Assembly: GCF_036365525.1 (NCBI RefSeq)
Contig: NC_090380.1
Location: 72,157,757 to 72,221,756 of the forward strand
Source of the DNA: Heterodontus francisci
Taxonomy: Eukaryota
Reading direction: 5' to 3'
DNA length: 64,000 nt
Made by a program: the position numbers and the translations under genes. Positions 49,205 to 61,739 of the stretch are shown here, in pieces (position 1 is the first letter of the stretch; each line of letters opens with the position of its first letter). The notes under the pieces are model-generated. The model searched no databases, was not told the origin of the DNA, and was given only the letters and a program-made list of their open reading frames with translations.

Positions 49205-49210
49205 AATAAA
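49205..49210 (+). promoter_or_regulatory. Candidate polyadenylation signal of the CD101-like gene
   Basis: AATAAA ending an AU-rich tract (49020-49220); an alternative AATAAA lies at 47023. Confidence 0.4.
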
Positions 49211-49506
49211 TTAAAAATGAGAGGGTGTTTGAATACTGTCACTGATTTTCGAGAGAATGCCATTACATAAACAGAAGAAAGGCAAGTGAGAATGGATACA
49301 TATGGGAAAGCAACATTCTCAATGGAACATCATTCCAATTTAGACTCTCAGATTAGACATTGGGCACAGCTACTCTTACATGAAATGTGCCTAATTATAT
49401 TATGATAGACTGCACTGGGCTAAGGGAGTGACTATGATAGAGTACCTGAGCTCTACATCCAATCTGCAATGCCAGCATATGTTGGCAAATCCCTTAAACA
49501 CAACAT

Positions 49507-50802
49507 AGGCCGCAAAACTCAGCTGTAAATGCTGCTGGTGCTGTTAGAGCCTGCAGGTGATAAAAATGGCAGCAGGGTGTCAGCTTCCAGTGACTTCTGG
49601 AGCGACGCACACTGACCACCACGTTACGAACAGTGAAAGTGCAGACATCCTGTGCATGCACCAAAAGTATGTGGAGTGGGCAGATGGTGACATTAGTCAG
49701 AGTCTAATGCTGATTTGGTGCCTGACCTGCCATTTTGCACCTCCAGTCTTGTTAACACCCTCTCAAACACGCACAGATGAACATGCGTTCAGCTACACAG
49801 GGGCCCTTCCACAATCACTATTTAAAGGCATCAGCATAGGACTTTCAGGTGATGTGCTTTTGAAAACAAGAGGTGGATGGTCACTAAAGGTATGCAAAGG
49901 AAACCCAACAAAGCCTGAATGCCGGACCCGTAAGTCCGACATGACCCAGCCCGAACCCGACACATGTCGTCGGGACCCGTTGGGCTTGGGTTGGTTAGCA
50001 GGTCTTTACCCATGTACTGATGTAAAGGCCTGCTACCCGACCCGACCCCGATGGGATCCGACGACACGTGTTGGGTTCGGGCCGGATCTTGTCGGGCTTC
50101 CGGCTCCGGCATTCGGATTGGGGTCAGGTTTCCTTTGCACACCTTTAATGGTCACACCATCTGCAGCTTGTACTTTATACCAGATTGTGGGATGAGAGTG
50201 AGGTGGGATTTGAGATGGTACATAAAGCAGGAACATACTGTCATTCCAGATAATTTCAGCAATGCTGGTTGCAACAGCCTCAGTGGCTAACCGGATCTGT
50301 AGCCAGGTCCTCTGGGCCAGACTCCTTGCATTGACCTCTGTGGCTATCTGCTCACATTCCCTTCTAAGTGTATGTCTTGTGGCCCTCTGGGTCCCCTGCA
50401 GAAAAATGATCTTTCTCCTCCTTTCCACCACCTGCACTAAGGCCTCCAGCACTCCATTGGAGAATGTGCGAGCTTTCTCTTTGGCCTGCTGTTCCATTAC
50501 TCTTTCTTCCTTGTGAGAAATGCTCTCGGATCCAATTCCAACACCTGCTGCAGCTAAAATGCACCTTCTCTTTAACAGGTACATTCTGGCTTTAAGAAAT
50601 GCAGGTTAGCTTTAACTCATGCTTGCCTTGCACAAACCTGGGCCCCATCCTGATGTATTCAGTGCTGGGATGAACACTGCAATCATGGAGAGGAGCAGGC
50701 AGCCGGAAGTTTGCGTGCTGCCTGCATCATTGCGATTCGACATTTGGTAATCCCGAGTCACAATCCTCACACCCACAAATGGGTCATATCTAATCTTTAG
50801 CC
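49507..50802. mobile_element. Internally deleted Harbinger element retaining the Myb/SANT start (50497-50295, minus strand)
   Basis: MEQQAKEKARTFSNGVLEALVQVVERRRKIIF..IATEVNARSLAQRTWLQ; homologous to 6170-6988 and 2935-3020. Confidence 0.7.
49885..50147. mobile_element. hAT-type palindromic MITE
   Basis: TAAAGGT(A/G)TGCAAAGGAAACC termini, ~125-bp imperfect arms, exact 8-bp TSD ATGGTCAC (49877-49884, 50148-50155), CCCGA repeats. Confidence 0.88.
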
Positions 50803-51804
50803 CACAATCTTTAATTAAGCAATGGGAACACATTTAAAAAACACTCCACGGTCTGTAAAGTAAGCACTGAAAAAGCAAATGGAAACCAGGGCAAGTATCC
50901 AGTCATTTATTTGAAGAGTCGGGTTTATTTTGGGAAAGTGAGATGCACTATCTATTTCATCTGATAAAGCTCCGCGCCTAATCCCAACTCAAATGGACTT
51001 TTAATTCTCCGTTATTCAGTCGCGATCTAAACAGCACCTGCACATAATAGATGGACATTTCTATATTCTAATCTGTTAAATAGCAGGGAATGAAAATAAC
51101 CAACAAGAGAACTAGCATCAGTTGTAACCTCTTTCCACCCACCAAGAGACAAATACAGACCATTATGTCTTTTGTGCATTTTTACTGTAGTGCATTTTAA
51201 CTGCTGCTGAAAACACTTGTAGTATTTAGATTCTGACAAACTGTGCAGATGCTTATTGCAGGGAGTTAATGAAAGTAACCTATATCTGCCGTTTTTAGTA
51301 CTTCAGCTTTACAGAAATGAAATCAGACAACCTCTTAGCCAGGCAGAAGAATTGTGTAAAAAGTGTTTGTGGTTCTTAGTCATGACCATAGTGCTGAGAA
51401 AGGGCTTCAGACAGCACGCACCAGGAAGTATGATTAGTAATATATTTATCATCTAGGTATCATCTAACGACTTGAGCAAGACATGAAATGAGAACGGAAA
51501 AGCATAACTTAAACATAAAGTGACACACAACACAGAATAACTTCAAATGGAAAAATTGCATTTCAACAGATCAATATGCTAGTAACTCAGGCCGAGAAAT
51601 CCCAACATCAGTGCAATTTCAAGGGACCATGGTAGTACTTACAGGCTTGTTGCTGGTTTGCCATTTTTGGGTGCTGGTTGACTTTTGGGTGCTTTTTGCC
51701 CTGTTTTCTGACCCAGGAAAGTTAGTCTTGACTGCTGAGAAGATGATTTTTCTGGTTTTCACCTGCCTTAGGATACGTTCTGACTGCAGTCAAGTGTGGT
51801 CTAG

Positions 51805-51868
51805 TAGAACATAGAACAGTACAGCACAGTACAGGCCCTTCGGCCCACGATGTTGTGCCGAACCTTTA
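51805..51868 (-). mobile_element. Extremely truncated CR1 3' tail
   Basis: Near-identical to 58377-58440; TAGTAG on both sides. Confidence 0.85.
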
Positions 51869-52420
51869 GTAGGGATGCCTTCAGGGCTGGAAGATAAGTG
51901 AGAGCAGCAAGGAAGATAGAAGAGAGTACGAGCAGCTGCGACGAGAGGGGAGGTGTGGGATGCTGCACAGGAGCCTGCACCCACAGCATGCATTTAGGTA
52001 ATACTACCCCTGCATGATCTTCACTAACAAACAACATCTGAGGTGACTTCGCTTCACGAAGGAGGATATCATTGAGCTATGCCACCTGCTGCAGTCACAA
52101 CTCAAGCCTCACACCAGGGCATGGGCAGCCTCTAGCTGTCAAGGTCACCCTAAGCCGTAACTTTTATGCCACGTGCTCCTTTCAGGCTACAACAGTATCA
52201 TCAACAACATATCACAGTTCGCAGATCACTGCTGTATCAGGGAGGTCACCAAGGCTCTCAAAGCTAGAAGGTATACTTACATCTCTTTCCCCATGGACAG
52301 AGCTAAGCAGAACTAGAAAGCTTTGCCTACAGGGCAGACTTCCCCAGGGTACAAGGTGGCACTGACTGCACCAATATTGTCTTGAGTGATCACATCACCA
52401 GTCTGGCATCGTTATTAATT

Positions 52421-53152
52421 GGGGGAGATGGTGGCATAATGGTAATGTCACTGAACTAGTAATCTAGTGATCTAGTGACCCGAGCTAATGCCCTAAGGAC
52501 CGGTGTCCAAATCCCACCATGGTAGCTGGTGGAATTTAAGGTCAATTAATTTATTTTTTAAAATCTGGAATTGAAAGCTAGTCTCAGTAATATCGCCATG
52601 AAACTATCATCGATTGTCATAAAAACCCAGCTGGTTCACTAATGCCCTTTAGAGAAGGAAATCTGCCATCCTTACCTACACGTGACTCCAGACCCACAGC
52701 AATGCAGTTGACTCTTAACTCCCCTCTGAAATGGCCGAGAAAGGGTAATTAGGGAATGAGCACAGTGGTTAGCACTGCAGCCTCACAGCTCCAGGGACCC
52801 GGGTTCGATTCTGGGTCCTGCCTGTGTGGAGTTTGCAAGTTCTCCCTGTGTCTGCGTGGGTTTTCTTCGGGTGCTCCGGTTTCCTCCCACAAGCCAAAAG
52901 ACTTGCAGGTTGGTTGGTAAATTGGCCATTATAAATTGTCACTAGTATAGGTAGGGAAATATAGGGACAGGTGGGGATGTTTGGTAGGAATATGGGATTA
53001 GTGTAGGATTAGTATAAATGGGTGGTTGATGGTCGGCACAGACTCGGTGGGCCGAAGGGCCTGTTTCAGTGCTGTATCTCTAATCTAATCTAATCTAATC
53101 TAAATGCTGGCCTTGTAAGTGATAGCTGCATTCCATGAAAGAATTTTAAAAA
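52421..53152 (+). mobile_element. tRNA-derived SINE (second family) with nested HE1
   Basis: GGTGGCATAATGG head; tail resumes after 53101 and matches the LINE 3' end at 61640-61690. Confidence 0.75.
52760..53101 (+). mobile_element. HE1-type V-SINE
   Basis: Near-identical to 37760-38093; (TAATC)4 tail. Confidence 0.9.
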
Positions 53153-53639
53153 TGAATTTCACTCCTCAACACACAGCTAGTTTGCAGTATCAGTCAGCAA
53201 TCATGATTCTTTCATTGTACATTGGTCCTCTGTGCCAGCATCATTCCAATCAAAATGCCAAGTTACAGGCTGGCTATTGGATGACAAGGGATATACCCTC
53301 TGGACATGGCTCATGACTCCGATAAGGAACCCAGGCACAGTTGGCCTATAAGAACCATGATTGAACAAACAATTAACATGCTCAAGCAATGCTTCCACTA
53401 TCTGGACACCACTCTTCAAGCATGGGGCAAGCTTCCATTAACTATCACAGCCAGTAGAGGGATCTAGCCTATGCTGTTGGTATCTTTCGGCATCACACAC
53501 TAGCTATCGAGTCAACTGAGCTAACCAATTCCCTGCTTTTCTTTACTGCAAATATAGACACCAACACCAAATCAAGAACAAAGAACGAATTTATCAAACA
53601 ACTTAATTCTATCTCTCTCTGTCAACAGAAATAATTAAG

Positions 53640-54470
53640 AATTACCCTTAGTCCCTGCCTTGTGTGTTCACTTACCTGAGTTATGAAGTGTTTCCCCAGT
53701 GGGTCCTGCTTGGGAGGTGGAAAGCTATTGAACTTCCATTGAGGACATTTCACGTGGCTGCGGTGGGCAACCTCAAGCGGTTTTGAGCCTTCAGGGCCTG
53801 GCTGCAGACTGCAGCATCTCAGCATGGGCAGGATGGTCTGGTTTAACTAGCTGTATGGCACTAAAAAGGATACAGGCAAAGAAGAGAGCAGCCGCCTCTG
53901 CCATGGAGCCAAGGCCAGTGTCCTGGGACTGCGTCTCAGCACTCATAAGACTCTCTGAAAGAACAGAATGCAGGAGTGACGTGATGTCCTGGGAGCCTCT
54001 GTCAACACTGTCCCCAAAGCCAAGAATACAGCCATCTGAGCTTCCATGGCAGCTGTGAGAGCTGTCAGCAAAGGCTTCATGATGGCATCAATGTCGTGTT
54101 TCTGGAGCTTACTATGTTAGACAGAATGGTCTCCATACTCTGTGCAAAGCTCCGACACCAGTTGAGCACCCAGCATTTCCTGGTATATGTTCATCAGCCT
54201 TCTTCAGTAGGCTGGGTCCTTGAAGTCAGCATCTTGAGTTCTTTGCAACAGAGCTAGTATGTGATCTCAGCCTCCGGTGAGCTGACAGCTGTGGCATCCT
54301 ATTCCCATGCACTGGCTCCTGCACACTTGTGCCTGGTGATTCTCAACATGAAGACCTGTTCTCTGTCTGACCCTCTATCTTAAGTGGGCTGCTGGTATGT
54401 GAGCAGGTCCTTGCAAAGTTCAGATTAAGTGATGCTGTCTTCTGCCTTGATGTGTGCAACCTTCTGCTGC
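53640..54470 (-). mobile_element. Harbinger accessory gene 3' remnant
   Basis: Convergent to HARBI1 and loosely similar to 1800-2850. Confidence 0.45.
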
Positions 54471-54590
54471 AAGAGAGTTCAGTACTTCTTTAAATGAGGA
54501 TTTATAATGGATTATAATAAATTATAGTTGTCTCGGGAATTTCATAAACATGTCATCCAGGTACGTCCAACAGTGTTCCTTGAGTTCATG

Positions 54591-55298
54591 GGCTGGATAT
54601 TAGCCTGAATGCAGGGAAGCAGTGGAAGGGGCTGGTCTTGAGTTTGGGAAAAACATACACCCACGTTTTTAAATTTCAACATCTTTAAATGTTTTCTGTA
54701 GGCTTTCTGCTCACAGCCAGCCTGATTGACAGGATGGCTGCTAGTTGGGTGGGAAATCCAGCAGCACAAAACTGCAGCTAAGCTGGGCTGAGAGCAGGAA
54801 AGGAATAGTGGAGGGGTAGTGGCTGGGAGAAATCAAGGTGGGGGTCGACGGTCTGATCATGTAGCGGAGTCCAATCGCTAGGGTGTGTGGAGAGCAGACA
54901 CATCACGGGGGCACATCAAGGGTTGTTTACTGGGTAGCTTGTTGGGCCTGGAGGAAACACTCCGCTCCTTCTGACCCACAAGCACTGCTGTAAAGGCACT
55001 TACCTCATGAAATAAGCCCTTCTCGCCTCCTTTCACCCATCGGGTTTCCTGAAGCTGACACCCAGCCCGCCTGTGGTTAAAAATGGAAATCGCTGTTAAA
55101 ATTGAAACACACAGCCACATTATAAGGTATATTTAAATAATCAACATGACTCCTGCTGCTGATTGGTCATCTGCCCTTTGTCCTGCCTCTATTAAAACAG
55201 GAAGTCCAGGGGTTCAAGGAGGTTTGGGTTTCTGTTTCAGATTTTAAACCTTCCACCCAAAACAAACCCACCCATTTTTGGGGTTTAATACTCCCCCC
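54591..55298. mobile_element. Harbinger-type MITE, old
   Basis: GGGCTGGATATT..TAATACTCCCCC termini. Confidence 0.45.
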
Positions 55299-55357
55299 AT
55301 ATTTTTCTTCAATTTCTATATGTATAAAAAAATTAGAACTACTAATTTACAGAGTTT

Positions 55358-56410
55358 AAAACGGAAAATGCTAGAAATGCTCAGCAAGTCAGGCAACATC
55401 TGTGGAGAGAGAAACCGAGGTAACATTTCAAGTCGATAACATTTTATCAGAACTGGAAAATGTTAGAGATATAACAGGTTTTAAGCAAGTGCAGAGGAAG
55501 AGAAACAGGGAAGGGGAAGGAGAACAAAAGGGTGGAAAGCAGGAGAGATTAAATGACAAAAGGGATAATGCTGCAAGGCAAAAGAGGTGGCAATGGGACA
55601 GGTAAAGAAACAAAATGATGAATCTAAAGGAGTTAAAATGACAAAAGCAAAATCATTACCTGCAACTGCAATCCCAAAAAAATGGGAGCTGCGGTCATAA
55701 TCTGAAATTGTTGTATTCAAATATTGAGTCTGGAAGGCTGTAAAGTGTTTCATTGAAAGATGAGGTGCAGTTCCTCGAGCTTTCATTGAGAATCATTAAA
55801 AGAGTGTAGGAGGCTAGGAACACAGAGGTCAGAGTGGAACTGGGATGGAGAAATAAAATGACAGGCAACTCAGGCTTGTGCTTGCGGACTGAACGGGAGT
55901 GCTCTGCAAAGCATCACCCAATCTGCATTTGGTCTCCCCAATGTCGAGGAGACTGCATCGTGAGAAGTAAATACAGTATCCTAAACTGAAAGCACAAATA
56001 AATCACTGTTTCACTTGGAATGAGTGTTTGGGGCCCTGGAGGGTGGAAAAGGAGGACGTATAAGGGAAGGTGTTACATCTTCTGAGCTCGCATGGGAAGG
56101 TACTGTGGAATGGGGAGGGGGTGTTGGGGGTGATTGAGGAGAGGACCAGTGTGGTGTGGAGGGAACGATACCTTCGGAATGCTAAAACAGGATGGGAGGG
56201 AAAGATGTGTCTGTTGTTGGCATCACATTTGAGTCTGTGGAATGTGGAGGCTTGTGGGGTGGAAAGTGAGGACAAGGAGAATCCTATCACAATCCTGAGA
56301 GGAAGGGGAAGGGGTGGAGCAGAAGTGCAGGAAATAGGATGGACACGGTTGAGGGCCTTGTCAGCCGTGGTGAAGGATGAGGGTGGTGGGGTGGAAGGTG
56401 AGGGCAATGG
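55358..56410 (-). mobile_element. Penelope-like element 3' part: GIY-YIG endonuclease remnant + terminal repeat
   Basis: TFPCELRRCNTFPYTSS..QGPKHSFQVKQ..YCIYFSRCSLLDIGETKCRLGD; degenerate hammerhead (CUGAUAA) near 55412-55455. Confidence 0.82.
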
Positions 56411-56419
56411 GGGAGGCTG

Positions 56420-57385
56420 CTGAGGCTACAGGGATTTGGTATGGCAGTAAGAGAAAAGTTGTGTCCTAGTGCAAGAAGTGCAATGATACAACAATCGTGG
56501 ACTAACTCTGAAGAGTTATGAAAAATGGACTTTGTCTTTAAAAAATGAACCTTTATTTTAAAAAGTGAAGAAATGGTCCAAAATGACCACTGAAGAAAAA
56601 GAGATTGGCCTTTTGCGTATTCAAACTGTCTGGCAAAGACAAAGGACAACTCTGCAAAGCTAAGAGTTGTCAATTGAACCCATCCTACACCTATTCTAAA
56701 GCATTCCAGAATTTAATGTCTTCTTCTGAAACAAAGGAGATGTGAAGTAGCCATGTCCTGGGCCTTGTGCGATCACCATGGGGAAAAGATCAGAGTGTCT
56801 CTTAACAGGAGGTGAGAGATAATAGCTCTACCTTAAAAAAGACAGCCAGAGAGAGAGAGCAAGAAGAAACATCCTAACAGCTTGTATTCCGGCCACGCCA
56901 GAAAGCACACCAGCCCTGCTGCAGAATCGGGCATCTAAATTATACAGCAGTGAGAGCTAGAAGTAACTCTCTGTCGTCAATTGAACTTTCAATCAAGAGA
57001 GAAATCTACACTCACCTCAGGCCTGCATCCATTGAAAACTTGATTTCCAAGAGAATTCAACAGGTTTATCATAACCTTCTCCCCACTAAAATTCATCTTC
57101 CTTTTTCCCTTCTCTATCTGTCTCTTCTTGTGTGTGTGTGTATGTGTGTGCGTGTGTGTGTGCACGCACATGTAAATGGATGTAGTTGCAACAATTTTGG
57201 GATAAGGCTTATTGATCAATAAACAATTGACTGTTTTTAAAACCTACAAGAAAATCTGGCACTCTCTGTTTATTTGATAAATAAAACACAAAGGGAATAA
57301 ACTCTAATACAAATACACTTGCTGTGGTCAAGTGGGGAGTTGAACAGTGGGAACCACCCATGCCACATCACATGGTCCTAATAGT
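56420..57385 (+). repeat. LTR-like repeat with (TG)n tract
   Basis: Pyrimidine tract, (TG)n at 57130-57162, AATAAA and terminal purine/pyrimidine block; same layout as 62690-63662. Confidence 0.4.
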
Positions 57386-57544
57386 TGCCTATTAAAAGGT
57401 TAGAGAGGTTTAAAAACTGGAGATGATAGGTTATACAAAGCAGTACAGGCAGGGAATCTACATATCCTTTTACACTTGTGGATTAATCAAACAAGCCAAA
57501 AATATTTGGGTATTTAACTATCTAGCAAAATATGGTGCCCACAG

Positions 57545-57803
57545 TGTTGTGTGATTGCCTTTAAGAGTGATGTCCCTTTAAGATCTTAGTATGCTAATGA
57601 GCCAAGTACCAGGATGTAGTCATGTGACTCAAAGCCTGAGTCACTCTGCTACTGTAACACCGAGGGGCAGGTTCTGTAAATACTTAGTCCTGTACTGTGT
57701 GTAATAATTTAGCTGTAAATTAACCTATTTGAGAGCTTCAACCAACTGAACTCCGCGCATCTCATTTATGTTGCGTCAGACAACATAAAAAGAACTCATT
57801 ACA
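57545..57803 (+). mobile_element. Solo LTR (Gypsy-like)
   Basis: TGTTGTG...CATTACA termini, flanked by CACAG/AACAG. Confidence 0.65.
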
Positions 57804-58369
57804 AACAGTAATCTTGATTTTCACTGTTTGTGGACATAGGAGAAAAGTTTTAAGAAAAGAAATATGCAGTTAACTGGAAATGTCTGATCTTTAGAAACTG
57901 ACCTAATGCAGGAAGATTTATACATCTCAGAAAGCTATCTTCTTTTGCTGTGAAAGGCTTCTATGACATTGGGCGACAGCAACAGAACACTCGAGGCTGT
58001 GAAACTTTGTGCTGGTCTGGAAAGTACACAGATAACTTATGAAGACAAATGGATGCTATCTTTACTTCATAAATGTTGTAAAAATAGCTGAGAATGAAGG
58101 TGAAAGAGATATAAGGATATTGGTAGACTTAGGGCTCTAAGTGTAATGTGGTCACACCACACGTGTTCAGTTCTAGTCACTAAAAGATAAGGGAAACATT
58201 AAAGCTGTAGAGGCAAAGCAAAGAAGAGCTGTAAGAATGATCATTAGGGGCTGAAATTGGTCACTGCCAGTAGCATAAAATGGTCAGGTATCGATCCAGC
58301 AGCTCATTTCACACCACAACCAATGTTCCCTTGGAATTAGGAAGAGTGCAACCAGCTGCTGATTCATTA

Positions 58370-60605
58370 TAGAACATAGAACATAGAACAGTACAGCACA
58401 GTACAGGTCCTTCGGCCCACGATGTTGTGCCGAACCTTTAACCTACTCTAAGATCAAACTAACTACCTACCCTTCATTCTACTATCATCCATGTACCTAT
58501 CCAAGAGTTGCAAAAATGCCCCTAATGTATCTGCTTCTACTACCACCACTGGCAGCGCATTCCACGCACCCACCACTCTCTGTGTAAAGAACCTACCTCT
58601 GACATCTCCCCGAAACCTTCCTCCAATCACCTTAAAATTATGCCCCCTGGTGATAGCCCTTTCCACCCTGGGAAAAAGTCTCTGACTATCCACTCTATCT
58701 ATGCCTCTCATCATCTTGTACCCCTCTATCAAGTCAACTCTCATCCTTCTTCGCTCCAATGAGAAAAGCCCTAGCTCCCTCAATCTTTCTTCGTAGGACA
58801 TGCCCTCCAGTCCAGGCAGCATCCTGGTAAATTTCCTCTGCACCGTCTCTAAAGCTTCCACATCCTTCCTATAATGAGGCGACCAGAACTGAACACAATA
58901 TTCCAAGTGTGGTCGAATCAGGGCCTTATAGAGCTGTAGCATAACCTCGCGGCTCTTAAACTCAATCCCCCGTTAATGAAAGCCAACGCACCATACGCCT
59001 TCTTAACAACCCTATCAACTTGGGTGGCAACTTTGAGCGATCTATGGACATGGACCCCAAGATCCCTCTGTTCCTCCACACTACCAAGAATCCTGTCTTT
59101 AAACCTGTATTCCACATTCAAATTCGACCTTCCAAAATGAATCACTTCACACTTTTCCAGGTTGAACTCCATCTGCCACTACTCAGCCCAGCTCTGCATC
59201 CTGTCAATGTCCCGTTGCAACCTACAACAGCCTTCCACACTATCCACAACTCCAGCAACCTTCATGTCATCGGCAAACTTGCTAACCCAGCCTTCCACTT
59301 CCTCATCCAAGTCATTTATAAAAATCACAAAGAGCAGAGGTCCCAGAACAGATCCCTGCGGAACACCACTGGTCACCGAGCTCCATGCTGAATACTTTCC
59401 ATCTACTACCACCCTCTGACTTCTATGGGCCAGCCAATTTTGTATCCAGACAGCCAACCTTCCCTGAATCCCATGCCTCCTTACTTTCTGAATGAGCCTA
59501 CCATGGGGAACCTTATCAAACGCCTTGCTAAAATCCATATACACCACATCCACTGCTCTTCCTTCATCAATGTGTTTTGTCACATCTTCAAAGAATTTAA
59601 TAAGGCTTGTGAGGCATGACCTGCCCCTCACAAAGCCTTGCTGACTGTCTCTAATCAAACCATGCTTTTCCAAATAATCATAAATCCTGTCTCTCCGAAT
59701 CCTCTCCAATAATTTGCCCACTACCGACGTAAGACTGACTGGTTTATAATTCCCAGGGTTATCCCTATTCCCTTTCTTGAACAAGGGAACAACATTTGCC
59801 ACCCTCCAATCATCCGGTACTACTCCAGTGGACAGTGAAGACGCAAAGATCATCGCCAAAGGCGCAGCAATCTCTTCCCTCACTTCCCGTAATATCCTTG
59901 GGTATATCCCGTCTGGCCCCGGGGACTTATCTGTCCTCATATCATTCAGAATTTCCAGCACATCCTCCCTCTTAACCTCAACCTGTTCGAGCTTATCTGC
60001 CTGTTCCACGCTGTCCTCATAAACGACCAGGTCCCTCTCACTAGTGAATACTGAAGCAAAGTATTCATTTAGGACCTCCCCTACCTCCTCCGACTCCAGG
60101 CACAAGTTCCCTCCACTATCCCTGATCGGCCCTACCCTCACTCTCGCCATCCTCTTGTTCCTCACATAAGTGTAGAACGCCTTGGGATTTTCCTTAATCC
60201 AACCCGCCAAGACTTTTTCATGTCCCTTTCTAGCTCTCCTAAGTCCATTCTTCAGTTCCTTCCTGGCTACCTTGTAACCCTCTAGAGCCCTGCCTGATCC
60301 TTGCTTCCTCAACCTTAAGTAAGCTTCCTTCTTCCTCTTGACTAGCTGTTCCACATCTCTTGTCATCCAAGGTTCCTTCACCCTACCATCCCTTCCCTGC
60401 CTCATCGGGACAAACCTATCCAGCAGTCGCAGCAAGTGCTCCCTAAACAACCTCCACATTTCTGTCGTGCATTTCCCTGAGAACATCTGTTCCCAATTTA
60501 TGCTCCCCAGTTCCTGCCTAATAGCATTGTAATTCCCCCTCCCCCAATTAAATATTTTCCCATTCCGTCTGCTCCTGTCCCTCTCCATGACTATAGTAAA
60601 GGTCA
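58370..60605 (-). mobile_element. Young 5'-truncated CR1
   Basis: 478-aa open RT segment, one stop and one frameshift downstream, (TTCTATG)n tail. Confidence 0.93.
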
Positions 60606-61080
60606 TTTTGCACAACTGTTGTTGACCACTTTCACCCCTTTATTGGCAGAAGACTAAATTATGGGAAAAGACTGGAGAAAGCTGTGAAAAGAGTCAATTA
60701 AGAGGGAAACATAGAGAGATGTATCAGCCAAGCGGTAACATTGAAAGGCAGATTGAGGACTGATACAAGGATTCTTCATATAAAGAGTGATCAAAAAGGT
60801 CATGATAAATTCATACGTTCAATGCTAAGGCCATTGGTTTTAGACCGGGACCCAGAAAACTTCTGTGTATCTCTCTCTAGTAGTCAATAACAGATCTAAC
60901 TTGTGTTTAAAAAGGTAAAAAAGTAAATAATTGAAGAAATTCAGGGTAATAAGTGTTTAATTAGGAGCACAGTCATTCAGGTAATGTAAGTGGAATATTT
61001 ACCCCAGAGAAAATGGGTAAAACAGTGTAACCAGCATTAATGTTTCCATTAAAACGTCCAAAATTTTCTTCACACAACAC

Positions 61081-61195
61081 AAATAAAATACTAGAAATCG
61101 GAAATAAAAACGGAAAATGCTGGAAATATTCAGCAGATCTGGCAGTATTTGTGGAGAAAGAAAAATTAGCATTTCAGGTCTGTGACCTTTCAAGA
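61081..61195 (-). mobile_element. Penelope-like terminal fragment
   Basis: AAATGCTGGAAATATTCAGCAGATCTGGCAG block, truncated inside the hammerhead core. Confidence 0.7.
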
Positions 61196-61209
61196 TGACC
61201 TTTCAAGAT

Positions 61210-61692
61210 GACCTTTCTTGCCTGGGTGGGTGCAGCTCCAATAACACTCAAGAAGCTCGACACCATCCAGGACAAAGCAGTCCACTTGATGGGCATCCCA
61301 TCTGCCACCTTAAACATTCACTCCTTCACCACTGATGCACAGTGGCAGCAGTGTGTACCATCTACAAGATGCACAGCAGCAACTCACCAAGCCTCCTTCA
61401 ACAGCACTTTCCAAACTTACAACCTCTACCACCCAGAAGGACAAGGACAGCAGACACATGGGAGCACCACCTGCAAGTTCCCGTCCAAGCCACACATTAA
61501 ACCTACTTGGAAATATATCATTGTTCTTTCACTGGGTTGCTGGGTCAAAAACCTGGAACTTCCTCCTTAACAGCACTGTGGTGTCCTTATATACCATACG
61601 GACTGTAGCAGTTCACCACCGTCTTCTCAAGAACAATTAAGGGTGGGCAATCAACACTGGTCTTGCCAGCACCCACATCCCATGAATGTAAA
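61210..61692 (+). mobile_element. CR1/L2-group LINE 3' end (second family)
   Basis: LAWVGAAPITLKKLDTIQDKAVHLMG; tail shared with the SINE at 52421-53152. Confidence 0.75.
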
Positions 61693-61739
61693 GTTCGGTC
61701 CCAATGTCTCTCCATTACGTTATTTAGGGTATATTTCCT

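Larger units (their letters stand above)
51870..53500 (+). pseudogene. HARBI1-like Harbinger transposase pseudogene, interrupted by nested SINEs
   Basis: LRFTKEDIIELCHLLQ, AVKVTLSRNFYATCSFQ, FPRVQGGTDCT, GWLLDDKGYTLWTWLMTPIRNP, MIEQTINMLKQCF; stops and frameshifts. Confidence 0.82.

Noticed and set aside
51870-53500. Domesticated HARBI1 host gene
   Set aside because: Multiple stops, frameshifts and SINE insertions
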